Positions 15,201-27,760 of a DNA stretch of 64,000 bases are shown here, in pieces; position 1 is the first letter of the stretch, and each line of letters starts with the position of its first letter. The notes beneath the pieces are model-generated. The model saw only the letters and a list, made by a program, of their open reading frames with translations. It was not told where the DNA came from and ran no database searches. Source of the stretch: Rhizophagus irregularis (lineage: Eukaryota); NCBI RefSeq assembly GCF_026210795.1, contig NC_089435.1:558001-622000 (forward strand), in the 5' to 3' direction. Position numbers and translations under genes: made by a program.

Positions 15201-16198
15201 ATTATGATATTTAAGAATTACTTCTTCATCTTCGTCAATAGTTAATAAAGGAGGATCTGGTACTACATACAAAGCTATTTTATCAAGATATTTAACATTT
15301 TTAAATTTATTATAAGGAAACCATTTTAAATTATTTTTTTCAATAACTTTATCAATAATTACATTTCCACTTTTTCCGAATCTATAATTAAAATTATATT
15401 AAAATTTATATTGAAATTTACATTAAAATTTAAAATTAAAAATTAACACTTACTCTAAAATTTAAATAGGAATTTAATATAATATAAATCTTGGTATTGA
15501 ATAAGTATATATAATAACCTATAATTCACAACTTACCAACTAAAGGAATAGATATTTTTAAATGAAAGAATTCAGTTAACAAATAAATATTATATAAAAT
15601 ATATAATAAAATGAAATAACAACATTGCAGAAATTTTTATAATCGAAACCATATCGTGATTCGTGACTAAGTCAAAAATTTATTGTAGACCTTATAACCA
15701 AGATTTGGCCACAATATGGTTTCACATCATCACGATAAGCTTAAGTTGATCGTATGTATAAAGTTGATGCATATTAAGGAGATCGTCACCTGATTTAACC
15801 GGGTCATACAAATATCGTATCGAGATTAGTCACGTTATATTCAATATATATTAGAAATATATTAAAGTCGTATTTAATATATATAAAAGTTATATTTAAT
15901 GCATATAAAAGTCATATTTAATGTATCGTAAATTTGCATTTACTTTATATTTAACATATCGTGAAGTTGCATTTAATTTATATATAAATTATATTTAACG
16001 TATCGTAATATTGCATTTGATTTATATAAAAGTTATATTTAACATATCGTAAAATTGTATTTAAAGATCAAATTAATTTTTATTTTCAATGTCGCAAATA
16101 AATCATAAAAACTCTATTCTAAATCCAAGTTTGTTGTTCTAAATCATGAATAAAATGAATTTTTTTATGAACGGTGATTAATAAACAAATAATAAACA

Positions 16199-19100
16199 TC
16201 AAACGGCTTTGAAAAAATATAAGTTTCGTATATACAAATCATTGCTAGAATTGTGATCGCTGTCGATACATTCTTCGCCTCTACAATTGTGAATGAAATG
16301 CATGACGTTAATCGCATTCACTAAACAGATAGAGAAAACCCTTCGCAAATTAGCATTTGTTGTTTGTAACCTGTATACTGGACAGCCTAGTATAGTTCGA
16401 TTTGTTTCCTCAAACCAATCAACGACAACAAATGCAAATCGAAGGTTGTCCTTTTGATGACAAAATATCGCTCTTATAATTGCAAAATTGCCTCCATTTT
16501 CGATATTGATTGATACAACATCCCGATACGTAAACGGCGTAGAATAGTATTATCTCTTTCATTTTCAAAGATAAAACTCGCATACTCAAAGAATAATGGC
16601 ATGCTGTTAGGTATTGCAGAGTTGTCTCTGAAATCTTCGTATGCCAGTTTCAATTCTTCATTGATATTCACCAGTAGTGGCATTTCAACGTTTCTTCGAA
16701 GTACCCATTTCTTTAACAATATATTAGAAATCCGATCATCTGGCGAGCAAACTTTACATACTAAGAGTTAGCAAATTTCATATTTCAATATATATTTTTC
16801 GTATTATAATATTAAATTGTACCTTCTTCTGCATCGTTCTTAATATCAACATTATCTTTCGTAATGAACCAATTGCTCATCAATCGTCGCAAATGTTTTG
16901 GTAAATTCATAAATCCACCGTTTGATGTAGATAATCTCAGATCTATGCCACCATCTAATAAATGCCGTATCGCAAACAAGGTGGTGTAATGCTTTAGTAA
17001 ATCTAAACTCACGTTTTTCAGATTCGTTCGGGGTACAATGTTTTTGAATATCCGATGTATCATCTCCTTTGTTCCAGCATTAGTGTTCAATAACGTCGCG
17101 TAATTCTTTGCATGCAATAGCAGATGGAAGTTGGTATGTAGATTCGGTAAATTTTCAAAATCTTTGAATGCCTATTTGTAAATAATTGAAAATAATTAGA
17201 CTTTGCTGTGTAATATTATTATAAATAAATAAAGAATGGTTATAGTTATATATAAATTTCGAATGCATTTTTTTTTGTTTTCTTGACTTTCATCGATTTT
17301 TGCGTTTGATTTTTGCGTCCTATTTGCGATATGTATTACCTAATACTAGTTAGTGTTATAATTTAAAGAATAATACCTGCGATAAAAGCACTCGTTCATT
17401 ACATAAGCATTCGCGCAATTCGGAATATTCTTCTTTTGTAAAAGAATCTTTAAAAACCATTGCCATCATTTTTGCCATTACGACCCAACATTTCAACCAA
17501 AGTTTGATGGCTAAATCGCTTCTAGTAACTCCTGTTCGACGTTGAAACAAGGCAAGTTCCGAATTTTTGAAATGTGTATTCCTCAAGAACCTATTGAGGA
17601 TAAATGGAATCATCATGGTTAATTCTAGACAGTCCGACATCATGAAACTGTCGATGTGGGATATCGGATTTGGCAATTTTCGCCAAGTCTTCGGGTATTC
17701 AAAATACTTCCAGTTCCTAATGAATTCTGATTTTCCTTTTGGCGAAAGTGCTTCAATTGTGATCTTGAAAAGTCTTGGCGCTTTTCCAGCTGTAAGGTGG
17801 TAGACATCCTGGGGAGACTGTAAGTGTCTTTCCCTTTTCAATTGATCAAGTAAAGGCGGATATAATTGTAGGCCAAATTCGGACGCAATTGCTTTGCGTT
17901 CTGTAATCGTTGACGCCTCAGATATCTCTTTGAATTGTTTATCTGACAGATGATGATAACGAGAGATTAAGTGTAAATCAAGATCGTTGGATGTTAAAGA
18001 TTCTTTTGTTACATTGCATGTCTGGTATCCTCTATTAGCGCTGTGTCGCTTTACTCCAGCCATATCATTGCCTTGCGGCAAATCGGCAGTAGTATCACCA
18101 AGGCTTGCAATTATGACGCATTTGTTCCCTTGAATATTCAAAATCTTTCCTCTCTCCAATACTTTCATTTCTGTAATGAAGGGTTTGATAAATTTGTCGA
18201 AAGAACCACCGAAAGGAACAAATCCTAGAACAAAATGGTTCTTAAGACGATTTCTTTCAGTAAAAAGCATGTTACCTATTTGAACGTAAACGCCACCTAA
18301 AGAATGATAGATGTTTCTGAATGTCCCAAAGTCATCGTAATACAGATCAATGAATAATTTGTAGATTGGAAGATGTGTTTCTGGTTCATCTAATGGCGCG
18401 AATTCCGAAGGATGTTGATATGAATACTTGACATCTCTTAGCTTCCAGCGTCCATTGTACTTGTAGAGAATTTCCTGAATTTTAATTGAATGTCTATTAT
18501 TACTATTATCATAATGAATAGTAATCGGTGCGTGGCTAACAATCGCGTGCAATTCGACATTCATGACCGCATCTTCCATTTCTCAATCAAGAAACCAGAC
18601 TTCATTATCCTGCGATCTTTCTTTGCGATTGTTGCTTTGGAGGTTCCCTGGTAACTCTTCGAATCTTATAATACGTTAGATCTTAATTATCAGTCTGTCA
18701 TCTTTTTGCACAATCGCAATATACGGCCGAATCTTTTCGCATCGCTTGATTCTCTGTATACTACAAAATCCCCAGAGTAATACACATGTTGAGCAATTGT
18801 GATAGACGTTTTACCAAACCTTGCCGATTCTTTCCAAATATCACCGTGCCAGAGTTCTTTGTTTTTTGTGACTTCTTGGCCGGGTCCGAAGTACATGTTG
18901 CTAAATAATAAAGGATTATTCAAAATGTTACAAATGATATCCGTAATGGATAAATAATACGCCTCTCCGATGTTTTTAGACGTTGATAGCATTTTCATGT
19001 TAGTAATATTGATTTTTCGAGATCTTATTGGGAGTAGAGGTAGTCTCTATCTATCTTTCCTGAATCGTCGGCTATTTGGCACAACGTCTTCTTTTCTGAA

Positions 19101-19760
19101 CTGTGGATTATAGATTATATCAACTAGTTCATCATATGCTTGGGTAGCTGGTGAAGAATTACCGTAAGTTATTGTTATATTTTCATTAATAAGCCTTAAA
19201 AGAATATAACTTACATATGTGATGTTTCTGCATCCAACAAAAAAACAGCGATTCAGTGACATTCTTGAAATATGGGGCGAACTCACCAGAGGAATATGAA
19301 AGTTGTTCGCTACTAAGAGGTTGATCAACGATTACTTCTTCATCCGGTTGATCAATGATTACTTCTTCATCTGAATCCCTCCTCTTTCATTTTCATCTTC
19401 GTCGTTTTCATTAAATTCCATCATTATTCTTTCATATTCACTTTCGAGCTCATCTTCGCTTATTTCTTCATTTTCTATATCGATAGTTGTTGTCATTTCT
19501 TCATCTTCGTCATCATAATTTTCCATTTCGGTACTACCATCATTTCTAGTAGTAGCCATAACATCTTCTAGAAATTATAAATATCACTGAAAAATATACA
19601 TTCAAATATAAATTATAATAACAAAGTAACATTATTTACCATCTGTTATGAAAGTTCTTTCGTTCGTTACTGAAGGTACTTGTGAAATTATATTAAATGT
19701 GTTATACCATTGTCTAACATAGCTACGTTGATTATTAGAAGCATATCGATTTCGAAACAT
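16199..19760 (-). pseudogene. CMC/EnSpm-like transposase with BAH-like segments; multi-exon, frameshifted
   Basis: ELWHGDIWKES, LFIDLYYDDFGTF..HSLGGVY, ADLPQGND.AG, QSPQDVYH, NLPNLHT..HL, GTKEMIHRIFK motifs spread over several broken ORFs. Confidence 0.8.
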
Positions 19761-21450
19761 TTTTAAAAACGTGACACGACACGCAAGATTTTATTGAAAA
19801 AAGTATACAAGAAAAACAATTCAAGAAAAAGGATTCGAATAAAGGTCAAAGAGAAAGTTTGTTAAAATATCACTTAAAAATAAAATCAATCACTTAAAGA
19901 TAATCAATTAAAAATATCACTTAAATTTATTTTATAGCTAGAACATTTTCGATATATTAATTTATACTCATTTTTCCTAGTATTTAAGAAATTTAAAAAA
20001 TATTTAAAAAATACTCAAAAAATTAAAGTATATTACAATTATGAATTTAATAATATACATTTTATAAAATTCGTTCTATAATCTATATAATTGCTTATCT
20101 ATCGCTTGGAGGCCAGAGTAAACTATCGTGTATATTTCTATTTATGGAATTAGACTCATTATTATAAAAGTCTAATTTGTATTCGCATTTTTATAAAAGT
20201 CTAATTTACTATTGTTTCATTATCTATAAGTCTAAATAATTAAACTATTTGTTATTGTTCTAATTTATCGATTTGATTGTAATGCCAGAATTTATCTAAT
20301 GAATTTATTAAATGTGGGCGCAGTATTATAATTAGTTTAGATATTCAGAAATTTTTATTTGATTATGAAATGACGTCCTGGCATATAACATTAAACTGTA
20401 CCATATAATCTGATTTATTAGATTATAGTTCTTGTAATATTTATTTTATTTTATTTGTTTATTATTATCGGAACTACGGAATGATGTACATTATGACAAT
20501 GACATCGGAATTAAAGAATTTAAAAGAAAGGATAATTTCTGTAGAGGAACGGATTTGAGATAATGAAAAAGGAAATTAATTGTAACAAGATGAAAGTGAC
20601 TCGGCCCAAAATAACTAAATTGAGTAAAAAGGGCATCGTTTGGATCGAGTAACTTAAAAGTTATAAAAGGAGTTAATAAAATTGGGCGTAGTATTTCAGA
20701 AGCATATGGGGAAAATTTTGATAATAATAGTAAGAATTATTTTATTAAGGATTTATTTGTTCCGATATTATTTTATTAATGGATTAATAAGAATGAAATG
20801 CGAAGTATTATTTTATTAAGGGAAACTATCGAAGTTGATTTTAGGATTAATAATTGGAAGATTTTATTAATGAAAAAGGAAGATTTGAAATTTTGAATAT
20901 AGAAGTATATTTTTATTATTAGAATTATGATGTTTTAATTGTTTTATATTTATTTTGTATATTATTTTGTCTAACTAAGCGTGAACTCGGGATATATTAA
21001 TAATTTAATATTGTATATTTTATTATTAAGAATTTTGTGTGGCGTGAATAAAATCTATGATGATCTATGCCTGAGCTGGGTCTGGATCACGTTGCGACTA
21101 ATTATTTAAAAGAAGATCAGAGAAAAAAAAATTAATTAAATTTCAACGATATGTTAAATATATAAATATTACACCATATTATCGAAAACCAAAATAAATA
21201 TTATCAATAGGTGTTATATTATTATTTACTGCCAATTATAGCTTATAGGAGTAGTCTGATTATTAATAGTCTATAAAAGTCTAGTCTATAAAAGTCTAAT
21301 TATTAAAATTTCTACTTCGCCATAGCAAAACAATCAAACAATCACAATAAAGTTTAATTGTTTTATTATTTAGAGAAACAATTTCTTTTTTTTTTATAAA
21401 CCCTTTCTCTTTCTCTGTTATTATTTTTCTCTAGTCTTCTTATCATTATC

Positions 21451-23241
21451 ATGCCTTCCAGAAGAAGTACTACCCGAAGTTAAAAGAAAAAACAAATTAT
21501 TCCTGTTGACGAAGATGATGTTGTCAGAACTTCAAGTAATTCTCGTATCCTATAATAAACTGAAATTGTATCAGATTTTTAACTTTCTCTTTAGTTCTGA
21601 AAGAAAATCAAGGACCGGAAGCGATTCAAACCTAAAAACCCCCTGCTAAAAGATGAGGTCGAAAGAAAAAGGATCCTGTTATTGAAGATAATGAACATAT
21701 ACACGATAATGGTCAACAAACCATGGACTCAGCTTCAAAGGCCAATAAACATCAAACTGCCACACCAGTTCCGAAGACCACTGTTAAACGTAGGCGTAAG
21801 GAGGCCATCACTAATGATGATACAATTCAAGAACCAACTTTGATTAATAAACTTCTAGAATTAAGCGATGATGATGATGATCTTTCAGAAGGTTGCTTTC
21901 ACTTTATAATCATCATATTTTGACGTAATATCACTCAGATTATATATTCTTACCTTCCTCGCTTTATTTCTTTAGATGAAAGTCAGTTCAATGAAAGTGC
22001 CATAAATATCGGACGTGAACCTCTTGCACCGATTACAAATATCAACGATAAAATTCATAACGGCATACCGGATGAAAAGACTGAATCTTACGTGAACATT
22101 AATAAGATTCGTAGTGATGGTTCAAATGAGACATCTGAATCTTATTTTCGTTTAAGTTTGAATACTACACCTTGTTCTAATCGCCCTAATAACACATATT
22201 CCTCTTCTCGTACACGTAATATCGATAATGATGACGTTTTTCGTTCGAATACACCTCGTTCGAATACACCTCGTTTGAATACATCTCGTTCGAATACTTC
22301 TTTTTTTGCTAATGGTAACAAGATTCGTTCGACTCTTCGGAAATCACATAATCCAGAATCCGCACCTCCAGCACCATTTCGCGATATGGTGAACGTTCAC
22401 CAAATCTGTTCGTGGTTATGTGTAAACTCGGACATCTTATTACTTGCTTATAATATGTATCTATCTATGCAAACGCCAGCTGCCAACACATTCAACATTA
22501 TTTCACCCAACTTTAATTCATCAACGTTGGCATCTGGTGTACCACAAATGCCAAAGCAAGAAGACAGGGTAAATATAACTGATATAATTTGTCATTAATT
22601 TACTATGTTAATATCTGCTAAATTATTTGCATAATTCAGGTGAAAGCAAATCGAGATTTTCTCAAAGAATTGAAATGTTTGTTTCTTAGGGTTCGAAACC
22701 CTAAGAAGAGCGTTTTCGAGGATTTGGTACAGCAAATATTTAATTGCGATCTAAATTCGTCCGAAGGAATCGATTGGCTGCGTGCGGCGAATAGAAATTT
22801 TAGTGATTTCCGAAATAAATTCCTGGATAGTGTTGAGGAAGCGATTGAGATATTCAAAGAAAAAAGAGCTCAGTAAGCAGATCATTTCGTTTTAATTTTT
22901 TGTTTTATTTGTTTTGCGGTATATTGATTATTTTTACGTTGATTTATAGAGAAAATAAAGATACTACAGCTCGCTCTTTAGATGAATATGAGATAATTTC
23001 GTTTGTCAATGAAAATTTAACATTAGACATCTTGCAAAGATGGTTAAGTGCGACGAACATGGCTAAATTGAGAGATCAAAACTCCTTACGGGTTTTACAA
23101 AGATTCGTCCGAGGATCATTATTAATTGTAAACTATGATTCAAGAGACACTGATGCAATGAAATCTTTGGATAAAATAACAAAAAAAATAGCGGTGCCAT
23201 CTCGAAATGGTAAAAATATTGCCAGCAACTTGGAGTTGTGA
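21451..23241 (+). pseudogene. Divergently transcribed accessory gene of the CMC-like element, function unknown
   Basis: Multi-exon ORFs 21723-21923, 22092-22598, 22640-22876, 22900-23241 linked by GT-AG introns; basic/acidic disordered N-terminus with early stops; lies within the TIRs. Confidence 0.7.
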
Positions 23242-23720
23242 ATTTATTAGTAATAATAACTGAAGAAAATTTGCGCGAATTTTCCTTTGGGTTTCTTTTT
23301 TTTAAATTATGATTACAATGATAATATAATAATATTTGTAATATAAAACCCTTTTATTATTATAATTGGCAATTTATTATAATAGTTATTTTTTATAAGG
23401 TATATTTTACTATAATTAAACTAATAAAACTTTAAAATTTTACGATAATCTTAAAATCGCCTATTTATCATTAATTTGTTGTTAATGCATTGAAAAAAAA
23501 TCGAAGAAATATCTTAAACTAGATTTTTTGGCTATTTTTTCGATTTCTTCACTACTTTTTAAAGATTAATACTGAATCTTGTTACGATTTCGAAAATATT
23601 TTTATTCGATTTTATAACGAAATCGTAACAAAACTTATCGTCACGTGATCGATCCAAAATTGATGTGGAATGTTGGCGATCACTTAACCGCATAGTAACA
23701 AATCACGGGTTTCTGCAATG

Positions 23721-26700
23721 AAATAACTTACATGCTTTATTATTAAATAATTGTTTAAATAAAGAATTTAGTTAATTCAAATTATATGCAATTATTACAT
23801 AGTAGAATCAAATAAAGAATCAAATAAAAAACTAACACATTATATTATTAAATAATTTATTAAATAATGAATTTAATTAGTTCAAATTTAATAATATATA
23901 AATATGTACTAACAGCTAATAATAGAATTAAATAAATAATTTACCAACTATTATTATTAAAATAAAGAATTTAAGTTAGTTTAAATTATATTATATAAAT
24001 ATGTAATAATAGAATTAAATAAATAACTTACCATCTAATATAAATTAACAAATAATTTTTAAATAAAGAATTAATTAGTTTAAATTATATGTAAATATTA
24101 TATAATAATAGAATTACTTACAATCTATATTAATAAATAATTTTTTAAACAAAGAATTTAGTTAGTTTAAATAATATACAGTATGTAGTAGTAATAGAAT
24201 TAAATAAATAATTTACATGCTATATTATTAAGATAAAGAATTTAGTTAGTTTAAATTATATGTAAATATTATATGAAAATGTACTAACAATAGAATTAAA
24301 TAAATAAATTATAACTTACAATCTAATATAAATTAACAAATAATATTTTAAATAAAGGATTAATTAGTTTAAATTATATGTAAATATTATATAATAATAG
24401 AATTACTTACAAGCTATGTGCCTATGTTAATAAATAATTTTTTTAAACAAAGAATTTAGTTAGTTTAAATAATATACAATATGTAATAGTAATAGAATTA
24501 AATAACTTACACGCTATATTATTAAGATAAAGAATTCAATTAGTTTAAATTATATGTACAGTATATATTATATAAATATGTATAAATATGTAAAATTAAA
24601 TAAGTAACTTACTCGCTATCATATTATTAAATAATTTTAAATAATTTTAAAACAAGGATTTAGTTAGTTTAAATCATATATATATTACACAAATATGTAT
24701 TAATAGAATTAAATAAGTAACTTACTTCCTATATATTAAATATTTTTAAAATAAAGAATTTAGTTAGTTTAAACTATATGTAAATATTATATAAATATGT
24801 AATAATAATAGAATTAAATATATAACTTATAACTTACCAACTAAAAGAAATTACCAAATAATTTTTTAGTTAGTAGTTTAAATTATATGTAAGTATTATG
24901 ATATAAACATGTAATAATGGAAATAAATAACTTACGAACTATATTATTAAATAATTTTTAAATAAAGATTAGTTTAAATTATATATTTATATGTAAATAA
25001 TATGCAAATGTGTAATAATAAAATTAAATAAATAAATTATAACTTACCATCTAATGTAATTATATAAATTACCAAATAAATTTTAAATAAAGAATTTAAT
25101 TATTTTAAATTTATATAAATATGTAATAATAGAACTAAATAAATAACTTACTCCCTATATATTAAATAAATTTTTTAATTAAAGTAATTGGTTAGTTTAA
25201 TTATATGTAAATATTATATGAATATGAATAACAAATAACTTACTCCCTATACATGTTATTAAATAATTTTTTAAATAAAGAATTTAGTTAGTTTAAATTA
25301 TATGTAAATATTATATGAATATAAAATAATAGAATTAAACAAATTTTAGCTTACTCCCTATGTTATTAAATAATTTTTTAAATAAGAAAAAATGTATTTG
25401 TAACAGCCTGTTACATATCTTATTTGTAACATCCTTTTTTTATTTTTTTTTTATAATAAGTTTAATGTGTTTCACAAATAAAATTTTTATATGCAAAATT
25501 TAATTTGGAAAACTTTTACTTAATGTATTTAAGACAGTTTCATAGACAAAATTTTAAGTTATAAGCAGTTTCTTGAAATTTTTTAAAAAATTCTTTTGTC
25601 TTAGTTACACAACTGATCTTTTGTTTTTGTTTACATTACGCCTGATCTTAAATTTTAATTGGATAAAATTGGGGGTTGTTACAAATAAGACACGTAACAG
25701 GCTGTTACAATTAGATTTATCCTTTAAATAAAGAATTTAGTTAGTTTTAAATTATATGTAAATATTATATGAATATGAAATAATAGAATAAAAAATAACT
25801 TACCCTCTATAGTATTAATTTTTTAAGTAAAGAATTTAGTTAATTTAAATTATAAGTAAATATTATATAAATATGTAATAATAGAATTAAATAAATAACT
25901 TACGCCCTATATTAATAAATAATATTTTAAATAAAGAATTTAGTTAGGTTAAATGATATGTAAATATTATATAAATAAATAACCTATAACTTACAATCTA
26001 AAAGAAATTACAATATAATTTTTTTAAATAATATGTTAGTTTATATAAATATGTAATAATAGAATTAAATAAATAACTTACTCCCTATATTATTAAATAA
26101 TATTTAAAATAAAGAATTAAGTTAGGTTAAATTATATGTAAATAAAGGTATAAATAAATAACCTATAACTTACCGTCTAAAAGAAATTATTTTAAATAAA
26201 GAATTTAGTTAGTTTTAAATTATATGCAAATATTATATGAATATGAAATAATAGAATTAAATGAATAAATTACTTACTCTCTATAGTATTAAATAATATT
26301 TTAAATAAAGAATTTAGTTAGTTTAAATTATATATAAATATTATATAAATGAGTAATAATAGAATCAAATAAATAACTTACGAACTATATTATTAAATAA
26401 TTTTTCAAATAAAGAATTTAGTTAGTTTAAATTGTATGTAATATTATATAGATAACTAACCTATAACTTACCATCTAAAAAAAATTATTTTAAATAAAGA
26501 ATTATAAGTTAGTTTAAATTATATTATATAAATATGTGATAATAGAATTAAATAAACAACTTACAATCTATATTATTAAATAATTTTTTAAATGAAGAAT
26601 TTAGTTAGTTTAAATTATATGTAAATATTATATACTAATGGAATTACTTACGAGCTATTTTAATAAATAATTGAATTTAGTTAGTTTAAATTATATGTAA

Positions 26701-27215
26701 ATATAAACATTTAATTATAGAATTAATATAAATTAATAATTTTATAACTTACTATCTAAAAGAAATTACCAAATAATTTTTTAAATAAAGAATTTATTTA
26801 GGTTATATTATATAAAGAATAGAAATATGGACTTACACCCTGTAGTATTATTAATTATTAATTAGTTAAATATGGATATAAGAGAATATACTGTAAATTA
26901 AATATATCACTTGCAATCTAATTATTTATGAAAAATATAATTAGTTGAGTTATACGAAATATTAAACAAATAAATATAGTTTTCAAATATTGTAACTTAC
27001 CATCTGTGATATTAAATAGTTGATTAAACAAAGAATTTAGTTATTTGAATATTATGTGAAATAAAATAAAAAACTAAAGATTTAAATAACTGATAGCTTA
27101 CAAACTATAATATTATTAATCATTAAACGAATTATTTGGTAATATGAAATATAACAAAAATAAGTATTCTCATTATTATTCAATTATAAGATAATCTATT
27201 AACTTACGAGCTAAA
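23721..27215 (-). repeat. Tandem array of 33 units of about 80-115 bp, each an intron plus a 3-nt exon
   Basis: Plus strand repeats CTTAC-NNN-CTA, i.e. minus strand TAG|NNN|GTAAG; conserved TTTAGTTAGTTT (CTAAC branch point on minus) about 35 nt upstream of the AG in most units. Confidence 0.92.
25385..25722. mobile_element. MITE inserted in one intron of the microexon array
   Basis: About 45-bp TIR TTGTAACAGCCTGTTAC..TCTTATTTGTAACA at both ends; 8-bp TSD TTTAAATA (25377-25384 and 25723-25730). Confidence 0.85.
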
Positions 27216-27760
27216 TTATTATTTAATATATAATTGTTATATAATATAGTTAGTTTATATGTGTATATTATAAGGTATAATAATAGAAAATGATTAAATA
27301 AAAAGTTTAATATATCAGCTTGTTTAATATATTATATTTACCTTTGGATTCCTTGGTGCTAGTACTTCCTTCAAATTCTTCGGTACTATTTCCTCCAAAT
27401 TCTTCAGTATTGGCCATTATTATAATTATATTAAAATTCTTCTTAACTGGAAAAGATAATGTAAAAAACTTTTTTTTTTACGTCTTTATTGATATGGGTA
27501 TATATGGTAATAAATGCAAAAATGTTGATCACATGTACGACAAATTTTGCGCGTCCGGAATGGTTTGTCAATTATCAATTATTGAGCGTCGTTGCTGCGC
27601 GGACAGAGAAAATTTTCTTAATATAATATACCGATGGCATTAAGTAGATGTATCTTTGGCTACTTTGCAAGTTTACTTGGGTGGCAAAAGTAGTTTTGAA
27701 TATATTTTTTGAAAAACCGCATCGAAAATGATCGGCAAAGACAATAATAGCCTTTATATA

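Larger units (their letters stand above)
15623..23720 (-). mobile_element. 8.1-kb CMC/EnSpm-like (Plavaka-like) DNA transposon inserted in a microexon-array intron
   Basis: TIR CATTGCAGAAA / TTTCTGCAATG, 2-bp TSD AA; the reconstructed empty site AATAACAA|ATAACTTAC matches the array unit; subterminal TATTTAAYRTATCGT repeats at 15840-16070. Confidence 0.88.
14242..27417 (-). pseudogene. TKL-like kinase gene with an N-terminal microexon array: exon 1 27417-27342, 34 three-nt exons, 1-nt exon 15454, exons 15381-15165 and 15073-14242; damaged kinase domain
   Basis: Predicted splice product MANTEEFGGNSTEEFEGSTSTKESK-[35 array codons]-FGKSGNVIIDKVIEKNNLKWFPY..LNE-WKY..YGFTKNPDTSKYMVVMEYANKGNL; 2-nt frameshift near 14908; HCDLHDGNIL present, DLG motif eroded, APK in place of APE. 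Confidence 0.85.

Noticed and set aside
23721..27215. CRISPR array or plain satellite
   Set aside because: Eukaryotic context, no cas genes and only 3 variable nt per unit; the conserved parts are donor, branch-point and acceptor signals and connect in frame to flanking exons.
27320..27643. 107-aa plus-strand ORF
   Set aside because: It is antisense to kinase exon 1 and its promoter, starts at TTG and has no recognisable motif.
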